The notes under the pieces were generated by a model. It had not been told where the DNA came from and ran no database searches. It saw nothing but the letters and a program-made list of their open reading frames with translations. Below, in pieces: positions 1-9,870 of a stretch of DNA of 64,000 nucleotides. The DNA lies in assembly GCA_050953045.1 (NCBI GenBank), contig JBMNLY010000001.1, positions 156,534 to 220,533 on the forward strand, given 5' to 3'. Numbering within the stretch: position 1 is the stretch's first letter; each line of letters begins with the position of its first letter. The DNA comes from Bacilli bacterium. GTDB lineage: Bacteria; Bacillota_I; Bacilli_A; ML615J-28; CAG-698. A program made the translations under genes and the position numbers.

Positions 1-694
1 CCCCAAAATAGTGCTTATTTTCGAGTTCTTTTCGTTTTGAAGCTAATGTACTAGGAGAATGTCCTGTATGAAGTAAAGCTAGATTGGCGATTATGTTTTT
101 GCTTGGTTTACTTTTAACTTCTTTTTCTTGCAAATTGCAATGAGCTTCATCAAGTTCAATGTAAATTGTTTCTTTTGACTCATTAAATTTTTCAATGATT
201 TCATCCATTCTAGGAAGATCATTTTCAACTATTGTATAGTTTTCTAAGATATTAGAAACAGTTTGACGAGAAACCTCTGTATCGGTTAATGCTTTTCTAG
301 CAGCATAGGAAGCATTAACTTCAGTAGCCATTTTGGTTAACTCAACAATTGCATTCATTGAAAGTCTTGAATATTTGATTATCCCTAAGAAACTATCTAC
401 GAAGAAGAAGTTTTCAATATCTTGTGATTTATTAAGTGCAACATAATAACGTCTTTTAAAAGTAATAACACCAATAGATGTAATAAGAGTACGTTCTTTA
501 AAACCGTGATTTCTATGAGTAGCTTTCCAAAGTTTGCTTTTAAAATATCTGTTATCAATTGTTTCTAGACATTCAATAATAGCTTGTCTAGTAAGTTCTT
601 TAGAATATTCTTTAAATCTAAAAACAACATCACTAAAAGAATAATTTTTAGGATTGCTCTTTAAAACTGGATTAGAATTTGATATAATATTCAT
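1..694 (-). CDS. ISLre2-family transposase, N-terminal portion (gene continues beyond window start)
   Basis: ATG (rc) at 692-694 corresponds to start of 478-aa transposase ORF 12425..13861. Confidence 0.75.
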   Translation of the reverse strand, partial: MNIISNSNPVLKSNPKNYSFSDVVFRFKEYSKELTRQAIIECLETIDNRYFKSKLWKATHRNHGFKERTLITSIGVITFKRRYYVALNKSQDIENFFFVDSFLGIIKYSRLSMNAIVELTKMATEVNASYAARKALTDTEVSRQTVSNILENYTIVENDLPRMDEIIEKFNESKETIYIELDEAHCNLQEKEVKSKPSKNIIANLALLHTGHSPSTLASKRKELENKHYFG

Positions 695-847
695 GGGTGG
701 GTCTCCTCTCTATGTTTGGTTTTGTCACTTAAATTATAGCGAAGACTCACCTCATTGTAAAGATGAATATTATTAACTAATACAGTTATGGTGATTTTCA
801 CCATATTTTTTATTTTTTTGATTTACCCACAACAAGTTGACACTATC
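1..847 (-). mobile_element. ISLre2-family (UPF0236) insertion sequence, partial copy truncated by window start; near-identical to full copy at 12342..14014
   Basis: 1..847 aligns base-for-base with 13168..14014 (one mismatch, 355 T vs 13522 C); homology stops at identical point in both copies; terminal sequence GATTTACCCACAACAAGTTGACACTATC. Confidence 0.8.
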
Positions 848-863
848 ATTTTTTCAGAAATAT

Positions 864-892
864 TTGAATTCTTTAAAACTGTATGGTATAAT
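864..892 (+). promoter_or_regulatory. sigma-A type promoter for cmk-rpsA (TTGAAT -17- TGgTATAAT)
   Basis: -35 TTGAAT 864-869, 17-nt spacer, extended -10 TGGTATAAT ending 892; RBS AGAGGT before ATG 919. Confidence 0.5.
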
Positions 893-918
893 AGGGAAGT
901 AATATTTAGAGGTATAAT

Positions 919-3306
919 ATGAATTGGCGTATTGCTATTGATGGCCCTGCTGGTGCAGGTAAAAGTACAATTTCAAAAAGAGTCGCAAAAATTCTCGGTT
1001 TCGAATACATCGATACCGGAGCAATGTATCGTGCTGTTACTTTAAAGGCATTAGACTTAAAAATTAACTTGCATAACGAAGATGATTATAAGTTTCTTGA
1101 AGAAACAAAAATTGATTTTCGAAATCAACGTTTGTTTTTAGATGATAAAGATGTTTCTGATAAAATCAGAAGCTTGGAGGTCTCGAACAATGTCTCGTTA
1201 GTTTCTAGTTTCGGTTATGTCCGCGAGAAACTCGTGCAGCTTCAGAGGAAACTCGCCGAGAATAAAAATGTGATAATGGATGGACGCGATATCGGAACAG
1301 TGGTCCTGCCGGATGCTGAACTCAAGGTCTTTCTTAATGCTGATATTAAGGAACGGGCGAAGCGGAGGTTGAATGAACGCTTAGAAAAAAATCAACCTGT
1401 CCAAAGTCTAGCAGCGACGATCGAGGAAATCAGAGAACGCGACCTCAAGGATAGCCAACGCGCGATCAGTCCTTTACAAAAGGCGGTTGATGCGTTTGAG
1501 ATTGATACATCTAAATTAAATGTTGATGAAGTGGTTGAAGAAATAATTAAGTTAGTGTTGAAAAGAGGTTACAAAATGGAGAATTTAGAAAAAAACAAGA
1601 TGCTTCAAAATGAAGAAACAACTGCTGAAGAAATGCAAGCGAAAGAAGAACAAATGCCCGAAACAGCCGATGTTTTAGAGGCAAAAACCGAAGAAGTTCC
1701 GACTGAAAATGCGGAAGCTTTAGAAGAAAAAGTTCAAGAAGAACCTGCTGAACAAGCAGAAGAAACTGCGGCACCTGCTGAAGAAGCAGAGGAAGAAGTT
1801 TCTGATGAAGATGATGATCTTGACGAAGACGATGTAGATCAAGAATCTCACGAAACAGAAGCACCGGAAGATGCTGACGATGAAGACGAAGCGACCCCTG
1901 AAAAACCTAAGTATCGTGAATTACAGGTTGTAGAAGGAACGGTTGTAGAAGTAATCGAAGCACGTCCGGAAGAACGTCGCGGAAACAAAGTTATCAAAGC
2001 GAAGAAAGAAAGAGTCTTAATTCAGCTTGATGACGGGCAGGAAGGTTATCTGTTCCGCAGAGACACTGCCGATATTCGTGAAGATGAAGATTTATTTGAT
2101 TTATTCCTTGAAGGCGACCGCGTACAGGTTGTCATCAAGAAAATATATCCTGACGGAGGAAAATTCATATTCTCAACCGTGCTTTTAAAGATGCGGAACG
2201 AATTGAAGCAATTTGATGAAGTGATTAAAAATCACGGCATCATCACAGCAAAGGTTGTAAAAGAGTTAAGCGTTGGCTATCTCTTAAAACACAATGAATT
2301 TTCATGTCTCCTTCCGTCAACGCAAGTTGCGGTTCCGGAAGATGAAAGAGAAAACTTCATCGGTTCGGAAATCGAAGTTGCACCGATTAGAATTGATTAC
2401 GGACGCATTCGTTTAATCGTCTCGCAAACTGTTGCTAACGCCATTAAGAAGCGTCAAGAAAAACGCGAATTCTTGGAAACTGTTGAAGTCGGACAAGTAT
2501 TTGATGGCGTTGTTAAGAACATTGAATCTTATGGGGCGTTTGTTGAAATTGCGCCGGGAGTTGAAGGTCTCCTGCATATTTCCGAACTAGATCATAAGCG
2601 TGTTTACAAAGTTGAAAAAGTCTTAAATGTCGGAGATCCTGTTAAAGTTCAAGTTATCAAAGTTGATGATGAACGTGTCGGACTCTCTCGCAAAGCTCTG
2701 CTTCCGAATCATTGGTCGGATTATGTTGCTGACAAAGAAGTCGGTATGGTTATCGAAGCTGAAATTATTGAAATCAATAATTCCGGCGTTGTCTTGCAAC
2801 TTGCGGAAGAAGTTACCGGTTTCTTGCCGAAGAGTGAATTTGCTTATGAACGCAATACTTATATAACTGACTTTGTAGAAGTCGGCGAAAAAATTTCCGC
2901 AAAAATAATTGAAATTGATCCTCATAAGAAGAGAATTATTCTTTCCAGAAAACAACTTACCGAAAATCCTTGGGAAAACTTAGATTGCAAAGTTAACGAT
3001 ACAGTCGAAGTAACCATCTTCAAGGAATTGAAGGAAGGATATAAAGTCTCGCTTGGTGGCGCAATCGGGTATCTTCCGAAGAGAAGCGTTCCTGCACAGG
3101 AAACTGTTTCTGAAGGTGATGTCGTTAAGGCTAAAGTTCGCGTCTTCGATCCACAAAAAACTCGTTTGGTTGTCAGCATGAGAGCCGAACAAGAAAGACA
3201 AGAACGCGAAGCTTACGGCAAGTTTATGAAAACTCAAACTCAAGAAAAACTTTCCGATACCTTTGGCGACCTTATAGAAGATCAATTGAAAGGACTTAAA
3301 AAATAA
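919..3306 (+). CDS. cmk: cytidylate kinase fused to ribosomal protein S1 (four S1 domains) via ~100-aa acidic low-complexity linker
   Basis: N-term GPAGAGKST P-loop Cmk; E/D-rich linker aa ~230-330; C-terminal repeated S1 folds (GxV.G.V..I..G.FV). Confidence 0.85.
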   Translation: MNWRIAIDGPAGAGKSTISKRVAKILGFEYIDTGAMYRAVTLKALDLKINLHNEDDYKFLEETKIDFRNQRLFLDDKDVSDKIRSLEVSNNVSLVSSFGYVREKLVQLQRKLAENKNVIMDGRDIGTVVLPDAELKVFLNADIKERAKRRLNERLEKNQPVQSLAATIEEIRERDLKDSQRAISPLQKAVDAFEIDTSKLNVDEVVEEIIKLVLKRGYKMENLEKNKMLQNEETTAEEMQAKEEQMPETADVLEAKTEEVPTENAEALEEKVQEEPAEQAEETAAPAEEAEEEVSDEDDDLDEDDVDQESHETEAPEDADDEDEATPEKPKYRELQVVEGTVVEVIEARPEERRGNKVIKAKKERVLIQLDDGQEGYLFRRDTADIREDEDLFDLFLEGDRVQVVIKKIYPDGGKFIFSTVLLKMRNELKQFDEVIKNHGIITAKVVKELSVGYLLKHNEFSCLLPSTQVAVPEDERENFIGSEIEVAPIRIDYGRIRLIVSQTVANAIKKRQEKREFLETVEVGQVFDGVVKNIESYGAFVEIAPGVEGLLHISELDHKRVYKVEKVLNVGDPVKVQVIKVDDERVGLSRKALLPNHWSDYVADKEVGMVIEAEIIEINNSGVVLQLAEEVTGFLPKSEFAYERNTYITDFVEVGEKISAKIIEIDPHKKRIILSRKQLTENPWENLDCKVNDTVEVTIFKELKEGYKVSLGGAIGYLPKRSVPAQETVSEGDVVKAKVRVFDPQKTRLVVSMRAEQERQEREAYGKFMKTQTQEKLSDTFGDLIEDQLKGLKK

Positions 3307-3313
3307 GATATAT

Positions 3314-4621
3314 ATGCGTGGAGTAGTTGCTATAGTTGGTCGGCCAAATGTTGGCAAGTCCAGCTTGTTCAATCGGATAGTGGGAGAAAGAATCTCAATT
3401 ACAGATGATGCCAGCGGGATCACCAGGGATCGAATCTATAGTAAAACTTCATGGTTGAATCAAGAATTCAGAATTATTGATACCGGAGGGATCATCTTAA
3501 AAGATGAGCCCTTTTCTAAAGAAATTAGGGCCCAAGCTGAACTTGCAATGAACGAAGCTGATGTCATTATTATGGTTGTTGATGTCAGAACCGGTATTAC
3601 CACCGAAGATGAAGATGTCGCTTTGATTCTTCAAAAAAGCGGGAAACCAGTTTTGGTTGCTGCTAATAAGGTGGATGATAATAGTTTTGTACCTTTGATT
3701 TATGAGTTCTATAATCTCGGTCTTGGCGATGTGTTTCCGGTTTCCTCGCTCCATGGTATCGGTGTTGGGGACCTCTTAGACAAAGTTATTTCGCTTTTGC
3801 CTGAAACTCGGAAGAAAACTCCTGACGATGCTTCGATTCGTTTTTGTTTAATCGGACAGCCCAATGTCGGAAAGTCAACCCTTGCGAATGCCATCATCGG
3901 AGAAGACCGCGTTATCGTTAGCGAAATCCCGGGCACGACACGGGATGCTGTCGATACACTTTTTTCCAGAGACGGCAAAAAATTTGTTGTTATCGATACA
4001 GCGGGAATTAGAAAACAAGGGAAGATTTATGAGAATGCGGAAAAATATTCTGTTTTAAGAGCAATGGCCGCCTTAGAACGATCCGAGATTGCAGTTTTAC
4101 TACTTGACGGAACCAGTGACATTACTGAGCAGGATAAAAGAATTGCAGGTTATGCTCGCGATTATAATCGGGCGATAATTATTGTCGTTAATAAATGGGA
4201 TTTAGTCGAAAAGGATGAAAAAACAATGCGGGAATTCGAGAGGAAAATCCGAAACGAGTTTGTCTTTTTGGATTTCGCGCCGATTGTTTTCCTTTCCGCA
4301 AAAAACAAACAAAGAGTTCAAACGCTTTTTGCAGAGCTAAACCATGTTTACGAAGCCTTTACAAGAAGAATCTCGACCAGCCTTTTAAATGAAGTCTTAA
4401 CGGATGCATTCTTGCTTAATCAGCCGCCGATTTTTAACGGTAATCGCCTAAAACTGAGTTATGCAACCCAGGAAGATACAAAACCGCCTTCCTTTGTGCT
4501 TTTCGTTAATAATGAAAAACATATGCATTTTTCTTACTTGCGATACCTGGAAAATCGAATTCGAGAAAACTTTGATTTTACTGGTACGCCGCTAAAATTT
4601 ATTTTGAGGAAAAAGGAGTAA
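3314..4621 (+). CDS. der: GTPase Der (EngA), two tandem GTP-binding domains + KH-like C-term
   Basis: GRPNVGKSSLFN and GQPNVGKSTLAN G1 motifs, DTAG G3 motifs twice. Confidence 0.9.
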   Translation: MRGVVAIVGRPNVGKSSLFNRIVGERISITDDASGITRDRIYSKTSWLNQEFRIIDTGGIILKDEPFSKEIRAQAELAMNEADVIIMVVDVRTGITTEDEDVALILQKSGKPVLVAANKVDDNSFVPLIYEFYNLGLGDVFPVSSLHGIGVGDLLDKVISLLPETRKKTPDDASIRFCLIGQPNVGKSTLANAIIGEDRVIVSEIPGTTRDAVDTLFSRDGKKFVVIDTAGIRKQGKIYENAEKYSVLRAMAALERSEIAVLLLDGTSDITEQDKRIAGYARDYNRAIIIVVNKWDLVEKDEKTMREFERKIRNEFVFLDFAPIVFLSAKNKQRVQTLFAELNHVYEAFTRRISTSLLNEVLTDAFLLNQPPIFNGNRLKLSYATQEDTKPPSFVLFVNNEKHMHFSYLRYLENRIRENFDFTGTPLKFILRKKE

Positions 4622-4624
4622 GGT

Positions 4625-5608
4625 ATGGAAAGACTTGCCATCATTGGTGCCGGAAGTTGGGGAAGCGCCCTTGGAAAAATTGCCTATGATAACGGTCATG
4701 CGGTGCTTTTGTATGATAATTCTAAAGAAGCAATTGCAAGATTTAATTCTAAAACAACCGCTTCTTCAAGAATATTTCAAGCAACCACAGATCTTAAAGA
4801 AGCAGTTGCTTTCGGTGATATTATCTTGCTTGCGGTTCCGACTTCGGTAATTAGGAGTGTCTTAAAGGAAATTAATTTGGTAATCGAATCAGAAAAGGTG
4901 TTTGTAAACGCAAGCAAAGGTTTGGAACCAAAAACCTTTAAAAGAGTTTCGGAGATTGTTGAAGAGGAAATCAAGAGTAAGTTTGTAAAAGGATTTGTTG
5001 CGTTAAGTGGTCCCAGTCATGCAGAAGAAGTCATTTTAGAAATGCTGACGCTTGTAACAGCAACCAGTCCCGATTTGAAGCAAGCTCAATTGATTCAAAG
5101 AGTTTTTTCCAATCAAACTTACTTTCGCGTTTATACATTAACTGATTTAATCGGTGTAGAAATTTGTTCCGCTTTAAAAAATATTATTGCACTAGCTTCC
5201 GGCATTATTGCCGGTCTTGGTTATGGTGATAATACCCGAGCGGCCTTGATTACCCGTGGTCTAGTTGAAATCAAAAGAATTGCCTGTATGTTTGGGGCAG
5301 AAGAGAAGACCGTTTTTGGGCTTGCCGGCCTCGGAGATTTGGTCGTAACCTGTACTAGCACCCATAGCCGTAACTTTCAAGCAGGTTATAAAATCGGCAG
5401 CGGCAAAGACCTTGAACAAGCCTTAGCGGAAATGACGATGGTTGTTGAAGGAGCAAGAAGTGCAATTGCTGCTCATGAGATGATTGTAGAAAATAATATT
5501 TATGCTCCGATAATTGAAGCGGTTTATGATATAATTTACCATAAATTCGATCCGCGAGAAAGAATTATGCTTCTGATGCAAAATGATCTTAAAGAAGAAA
5601 TATTATAG
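4625..5608 (+). CDS. gpsA: NAD(P)H-dependent glycerol-3-phosphate dehydrogenase
   Basis: N-term IGAGSWGSALG Rossmann; conserved GpsA core; synteny der-gpsA. Confidence 0.9.
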   Translation: MERLAIIGAGSWGSALGKIAYDNGHAVLLYDNSKEAIARFNSKTTASSRIFQATTDLKEAVAFGDIILLAVPTSVIRSVLKEINLVIESEKVFVNASKGLEPKTFKRVSEIVEEEIKSKFVKGFVALSGPSHAEEVILEMLTLVTATSPDLKQAQLIQRVFSNQTYFRVYTLTDLIGVEICSALKNIIALASGIIAGLGYGDNTRAALITRGLVEIKRIACMFGAEEKTVFGLAGLGDLVVTCTSTHSRNFQAGYKIGSGKDLEQALAEMTMVVEGARSAIAAHEMIVENNIYAPIIEAVYDIIYHKFDPRERIMLLMQNDLKEEIL

Positions 5609-5630
5609 CAAGCTTCGGCTTGCTTTTTAT
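5608..5630 (+). terminator. rho-independent terminator after gpsA
   Basis: GCAAGCTTCGGCTTGC hairpin followed by TTTTTAT. Confidence 0.6.
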
Positions 5631-5679
5631 TTGCATTTAAGTTCAAATATGTTATAATTTTCTATATACGGAGGAAAGT

Positions 5680-6276
5680 ATGAGTAAAAACGACTTAAAC
5701 ATTGAAATCAATGATGTTGTTGTCCTAGCCAATAATGAATCGGTGTTAGAAACTTTTACCGGTTTTGAAATTATTGAACCGATTGGAAAAGGCTATTTTA
5801 CAATCACCAATCGGCGGTTGATTTACTATGCGACTTTTCGCGATAAATTATCGAATTCGATAGCAGTCCGAGAATGTTCCTTAGAAGATGTCGGCGTTAT
5901 CTCAAGCGAATACGGGAAAAGAACCAACAAACTTCAAAAAACTATTGGTTTTATCATTTTCCTGCTTGGTTTAGCTCTCGTCTTATATGGGGTTTCTAAT
6001 TTTGTAATAAAAAAAGTCCCGTATGGATTAGAGGCTTTAATTGCTGGCGGAGTCTTTTTCCTCGCTGGTTTAATTGTTGTTGTGACTTCAAAAAGAAAGA
6101 TGTTTTCCTTAGAAGTCTTTACTAATACTTCACAATCGAATTTTGTGTCGCTTACCAGTGATTATTTTCAGTCGCCGAGTCGCGGTCGGATTAAAATAAA
6201 ACCGAATCGTGAAACTGGCTCTATGATTAAAGCGCTCGGAAAATATGTTTTGGAAGCTAAAGCACGAAAGTATTAA
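5680..6276 (+). CDS. hypothetical membrane protein (N-terminal soluble domain, two TM helices)
   Basis: ORF with RBS GGAGGAAAG; hydrophobic segments IIFLLGLALVLYGV and LIAGGVFFLAGLIVVV; occupies yphE/yphF position between gpsA and spoIVA. Confidence 0.5.
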   Translation: MSKNDLNIEINDVVVLANNESVLETFTGFEIIEPIGKGYFTITNRRLIYYATFRDKLSNSIAVRECSLEDVGVISSEYGKRTNKLQKTIGFIIFLLGLALVLYGVSNFVIKKVPYGLEALIAGGVFFLAGLIVVVTSKRKMFSLEVFTNTSQSNFVSLTSDYFQSPSRGRIKIKPNRETGSMIKALGKYVLEAKARKY

Positions 6277-6302
6277 TGCGGATAACCGCATTTTTCTTTT
6301 TT
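6277..6302 (+). terminator. rho-independent terminator
   Basis: TGCGGATAACCGCA hairpin + T-run. Confidence 0.55.
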
Positions 6303-6350
6303 AGGAAATAAAATTAGTTTTTGTCATATACTTTTATGAGGGGTGAAATG

Positions 6351-6587
6351 ATGAATTTTGGAAAAATTTTTAATCTACTTGCTCAAAACAATATTAATCC
6401 AGAACAAATTTTCGCTTTGGTCGAAAGAATTAAAAATTCTGACCTAAAAGATGAAACAAATATTAGAGAAATTATCCATGAAGTCAGCAAAATTGCTGGA
6501 AAAAAACTCGATAAACAGAAGGAAGAACAGCTTGTTAAAAAAATTATGAACGAAGGTGTCGCCGAAGACTTGTTTGAAATGCTGTAA
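6351..6587 (+). CDS. small sporulation protein, SpoVIF-like (tentative)
   Basis: 78-aa ORF with RBS GAGGGG; pattern ..LAQNNINPEQIFALVE..SDLKDETNIREIIHEVSKIAGK resembles SpoVIF/YjcC family; directly upstream of spoIVA. Listed ORF starts earlier at TTG 6321. Confidence 0.4.
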   Translation: MNFGKIFNLLAQNNINPEQIFALVERIKNSDLKDETNIREIIHEVSKIAGKKLDKQKEEQLVKKIMNEGVAEDLFEML

Positions 6588-6652
6588 ATAAGGTTATATT
6601 TTGGCCTGTTTCCGAATATTATTTATTAGAAATTAGAGAAGGTGAGGAAAAT

Positions 6653-8128
6653 ATGAGCGATAGTATTATCCGTAATGTTGTTTATAGAACTAATGGGGAA
6701 ATGTTTATCGGAGTTGTTGGTTCCGTCAGAAGCGGAAAATCGCTTTTCATCCGGAGGTTTATTGAGAAAAAAGTCTTACCATATGTTTCAGCGGAGTTTA
6801 AAAACGAAATTATCGATGATATGCCTCAAAGTGCCGAAGGAAGAACGATTATGACGGTGGAACCGAAATTTGTTCCCGCAAATCCCGCTAATATCACCGT
6901 CGATAAAGACCTCAACTTAAGTATCCGTTTGGTCGATTGCGTCGGATACATTATTCCCAGTGCAAAAGGATATATGAACGAAGATCAAAGTCCCCGACTT
7001 GTCCGCACGCCCTGGTTCAGCGAAAACATCCCCTTTGAGGAAGCTGCCAGCATCGGCACAAAAAAGGTTATTGAGAATCATACAAATATCGGCATCTTGG
7101 TTACAAGCGACGGTAGTTTCGGCGAATTTAATCGGGCTGATTATGAAAATGTTGAAGAGCGGCTTGTTTCAGAACTGAAAAATTATGATAAGCCTTTTGT
7201 TGTGCTACTTAATACAACCGAGGCGGGCAGCAATCGGACGAAAAGAATGGTTGATGAACTTTCCGCAAAATACGAAGTCGGCGTAATTCCCGTCGATGTA
7301 ATGAATATGACTGATTCCGATATCGACCGGATTTTAAAAGAAGCGCTGAACGAATTCGACATTTCGAAACTCGATATTCGCATCCCCAATTGGCTTTCCG
7401 TGCTTGACGACGAACATTATGTGAAGAAAGAATTTAACGATGTAATCGGAAATGTAACCGGCGAATTTCGGAAGTTTAAGCATGCGGAAACAATCAGAGC
7501 GAAACTTGCTGAATGTCCTTTATTTGACTCCGTCAATATTACGACCTTAGATAGCGGTACCGGCGAAGTTGTGATGGAGATTAATTGCAGCGATGATTTA
7601 TATAATGGGGTTGTAGAAGAGATTATCGGCGATGCCATTAATGATCGCGGTAAATTTATTGAACTCTTGCAGTCTTCAAAGGTTGCGAAAAGAGCATTCG
7701 ATCAATATAAAGCCGCGCTTGATCAAGTTAAAACCACGGGTTACGGAATCGCTTGCCCGACAATCGAAGAAATGGTCTTAGATACCCCACAAATCATCCG
7801 TCAGGGAAGCCGTTACGGCATTAAAATGAGAGCGATCGCACCGTCAATTCACATGATTAAAGTCGAGGTTGAATCAAGCTTTGAACCGATTATCGGCTCT
7901 GAAGAACAATCAAAACAATTACTTGATAAAATCATGACCGATTATGATACGAATCCGACTGAAATCTGGAATTCGGAAATTTTCGGAAGAAAACTGAGCG
8001 AAGTGGTTAATGACGGAATCCGAGCTAAACTATACCTGCTTCCGGAAAATATTCAATATAAATTCCGAGAAAGTTTGGAAAAAGTCGTTAATAAAGGCCG
8101 CGGCGGAATCATCGCGTTTATACTTTAA
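6653..8128 (+). CDS. spoIVA: stage IV sporulation protein A (spore coat morphogenetic ATPase)
   Basis: 491 aa; N-term GVVGSVRSGKSLFIRRF Walker A as in B. subtilis SpoIVA (492 aa); synteny gpsA-spoIVA-hbs. Confidence 0.85.
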   Translation: MSDSIIRNVVYRTNGEMFIGVVGSVRSGKSLFIRRFIEKKVLPYVSAEFKNEIIDDMPQSAEGRTIMTVEPKFVPANPANITVDKDLNLSIRLVDCVGYIIPSAKGYMNEDQSPRLVRTPWFSENIPFEEAASIGTKKVIENHTNIGILVTSDGSFGEFNRADYENVEERLVSELKNYDKPFVVLLNTTEAGSNRTKRMVDELSAKYEVGVIPVDVMNMTDSDIDRILKEALNEFDISKLDIRIPNWLSVLDDEHYVKKEFNDVIGNVTGEFRKFKHAETIRAKLAECPLFDSVNITTLDSGTGEVVMEINCSDDLYNGVVEEIIGDAINDRGKFIELLQSSKVAKRAFDQYKAALDQVKTTGYGIACPTIEEMVLDTPQIIRQGSRYGIKMRAIAPSIHMIKVEVESSFEPIIGSEEQSKQLLDKIMTDYDTNPTEIWNSEIFGRKLSEVVNDGIRAKLYLLPENIQYKFRESLEKVVNKGRGGIIAFIL

Positions 8129-8136
8129 AAACAAAA

Positions 8137-8167
8137 AGTATTTTCTTCATGAAGATACTTTTTTTTA
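8137..8167 (+). terminator. rho-independent terminator after spoIVA
   Basis: AAGTATTTTCTTCATGAAGATACTT hairpin + TTTTTTT. Confidence 0.55.
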
Positions 8168-8231
8168 CATTTTTTTGATTCTGTCTTGAGAAAAGCGCTC
8201 TTAAATGTTATACTAACAACGGGGCGAAAGT

Positions 8232-8525
8232 ATGAAAAAAAAATTCTATCTTGAAGAAATCAAAGCAAGAACCGGGATTTCGAAAATTGTAAGTGAAAAG
8301 GTGCTTGAAGAGTTTTTTAAGATTCTTAAAAGCGAACTTCAAGCCAAAGGCAAAGTTAACTTACATAAATTCGGTACTTTTACAGCCAAAAAAACCAAAC
8401 CTCATTCTTTTTTTAGTCCCGTAGACGGCAAAACAATTAAAACAAAAGGCATAACTAAAGTATATTTTTCTTCCAGCAAAGATCTATTGAATATGTTAAC
8501 GGGGGCGGACTATGGAAACAATTAG
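8232..8525 (+). CDS. HU-family histone-like DNA-binding protein (divergent)
   Basis: 97 aa; ...FGTFTAKKTKPHSFFSPVDGKTIKTKGITKVYFSSSKDL matches HU arm pattern; B. subtilis hbs lies next to spoIVA. Confidence 0.55.
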   Translation: MKKKFYLEEIKARTGISKIVSEKVLEEFFKILKSELQAKGKVNLHKFGTFTAKKTKPHSFFSPVDGKTIKTKGITKVYFSSSKDLLNMLTGADYGNN

Positions 8526-9822
8526 AAGACTTTACTCAGAAACCGGCAATAATGATTCCGGAAACATCTTAGAAGCGGTTATGAAAAATGACTGTAAATA
8601 CATTATTAATTTTCTGGAGTCCGATGGCGATTTAAATATTATCGATGAAAAAAAGGAAACTTTGTTACATAAGGCTTCCCGGAACAACCACTTTGAAGTC
8701 GTTGATATTTTAATTAAATTTGGTTTGGATATAAATGCGAAAAACAGATATGGAGATACGCCTTTGCATCTTGCAGTTCAATTTCGAAACGCTTATGTTG
8801 CTGACAAATTGGTGTTTGAAGGCGCCGATGTTAATGCGAAAAATAAGAAACATGTAACCCCCTTACATCTTGCTGCGGCGAGAGGTGATCAAGAAATATT
8901 AAATATCTTGCTTGATAACAAGGCAAAGTTAAATCTTTCTGATGAGAACGGAGCCAAACCGATTCATTATGCCGTAAAATCCGGGAAAGCTCCGATTATT
9001 CGCCACCTTTTAAACAATGGTAGCAGTCTCAATGATTGCGATGACCGGAAAAATACGGTGCTTCATTATGCCTGTGATAAAGGCGATAATGAACTTGTTG
9101 CTTTTATCTTAAGACATCTGACGGTCAATGATTCTCGAAACCTTTACCAAGAAACCCCTTTACATTTAGCTGCCGAAAGATGCTCCCTTGAAACCGTGAA
9201 ATTGCTTTTAAATAATGGCTACAATCCTTTAGCTATCAATCTCAATAAACAAACACCAGCGGAGGTTGCGGAAGCGAAAAGGCGACCGGAAATTGCAGAA
9301 TATTTAGCTGAATATCTGCGCAGTGAAGATTACAAAGAAAAGTTTGCGAAATATCCTTTGCATCGCGCTGCCTGCAATGATCAATATGAAGTTCTTGTCC
9401 AGATGCTTGATTCATCTCAAATCAATGAATTTGATTATTTTGGAAAATCCTTAATGTATTATGCAGTCAATATCGGTTCTTTAAAAATGGTTGATTATCT
9501 TTGGAAAAGAGGCGCCAGAATTAATGTCGTCGATGAATTCGGTCAATCGGCATTGCTCATTGCCGTTTATACAGAAGATTTAAAAATGATTGAGTATTTT
9601 TTGAAAAAGAACGTAAATGTTGATGAAATCTACTATGGTAGGAGTTATTTATTCCGAGCAATTTTAAGAAATAATTATGACTTAGCAAAACTCTTAATCG
9701 ATTATGGAGCCGATGTAAATTATATCGATTCAAGGCATCGAACCATTTATTCTTATGCGTTGGAATATGCGAGCGAAGACATCATTGAACTCCTTGTTGA
9801 AAAGAAGGCCTCATTAGTTTGA
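8512..9822 (+). CDS. ankyrin-repeat protein (about 11 ANK repeats)
   Basis: repeated ..G.TPLH.A...G....V..LL..GA..N motif (TPLHLAV, TPLHLAAARGD, PIHYAV, VLHYAC, TPLHLAAE...); start overlaps HU gene by 14 nt. Confidence 0.8.
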   Translation: METIRRLYSETGNNDSGNILEAVMKNDCKYIINFLESDGDLNIIDEKKETLLHKASRNNHFEVVDILIKFGLDINAKNRYGDTPLHLAVQFRNAYVADKLVFEGADVNAKNKKHVTPLHLAAARGDQEILNILLDNKAKLNLSDENGAKPIHYAVKSGKAPIIRHLLNNGSSLNDCDDRKNTVLHYACDKGDNELVAFILRHLTVNDSRNLYQETPLHLAAERCSLETVKLLLNNGYNPLAINLNKQTPAEVAEAKRRPEIAEYLAEYLRSEDYKEKFAKYPLHRAACNDQYEVLVQMLDSSQINEFDYFGKSLMYYAVNIGSLKMVDYLWKRGARINVVDEFGQSALLIAVYTEDLKMIEYFLKKNVNVDEIYYGRSYLFRAILRNNYDLAKLLIDYGADVNYIDSRHRTIYSYALEYASEDIIELLVEKKASLV

Positions 9823-9870
9823 GGTTTTTTTCAAGGTTATAAATTAAAAAAATTACTCATAAAATGAGAT

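Noticed and set aside
836-847. Outward-facing TTGACA at ISLre2 right end as hybrid promoter for cmk or the IclR gene
   Set aside because: No acceptable -10 at 16-18 nt spacing in either flank; cmk has its own TTGAAT/TATAAT promoter in native sequence.
1547-3423. Antisense ORFs inside cmk-rpsA (1547..1864, 2623..2955, 2922..3179, 2980..3423 on -; 2627..2866 on +)
   Set aside because: Fully embedded in a well-supported conserved gene, no RBS, low-complexity translations; typical shadow ORFs.
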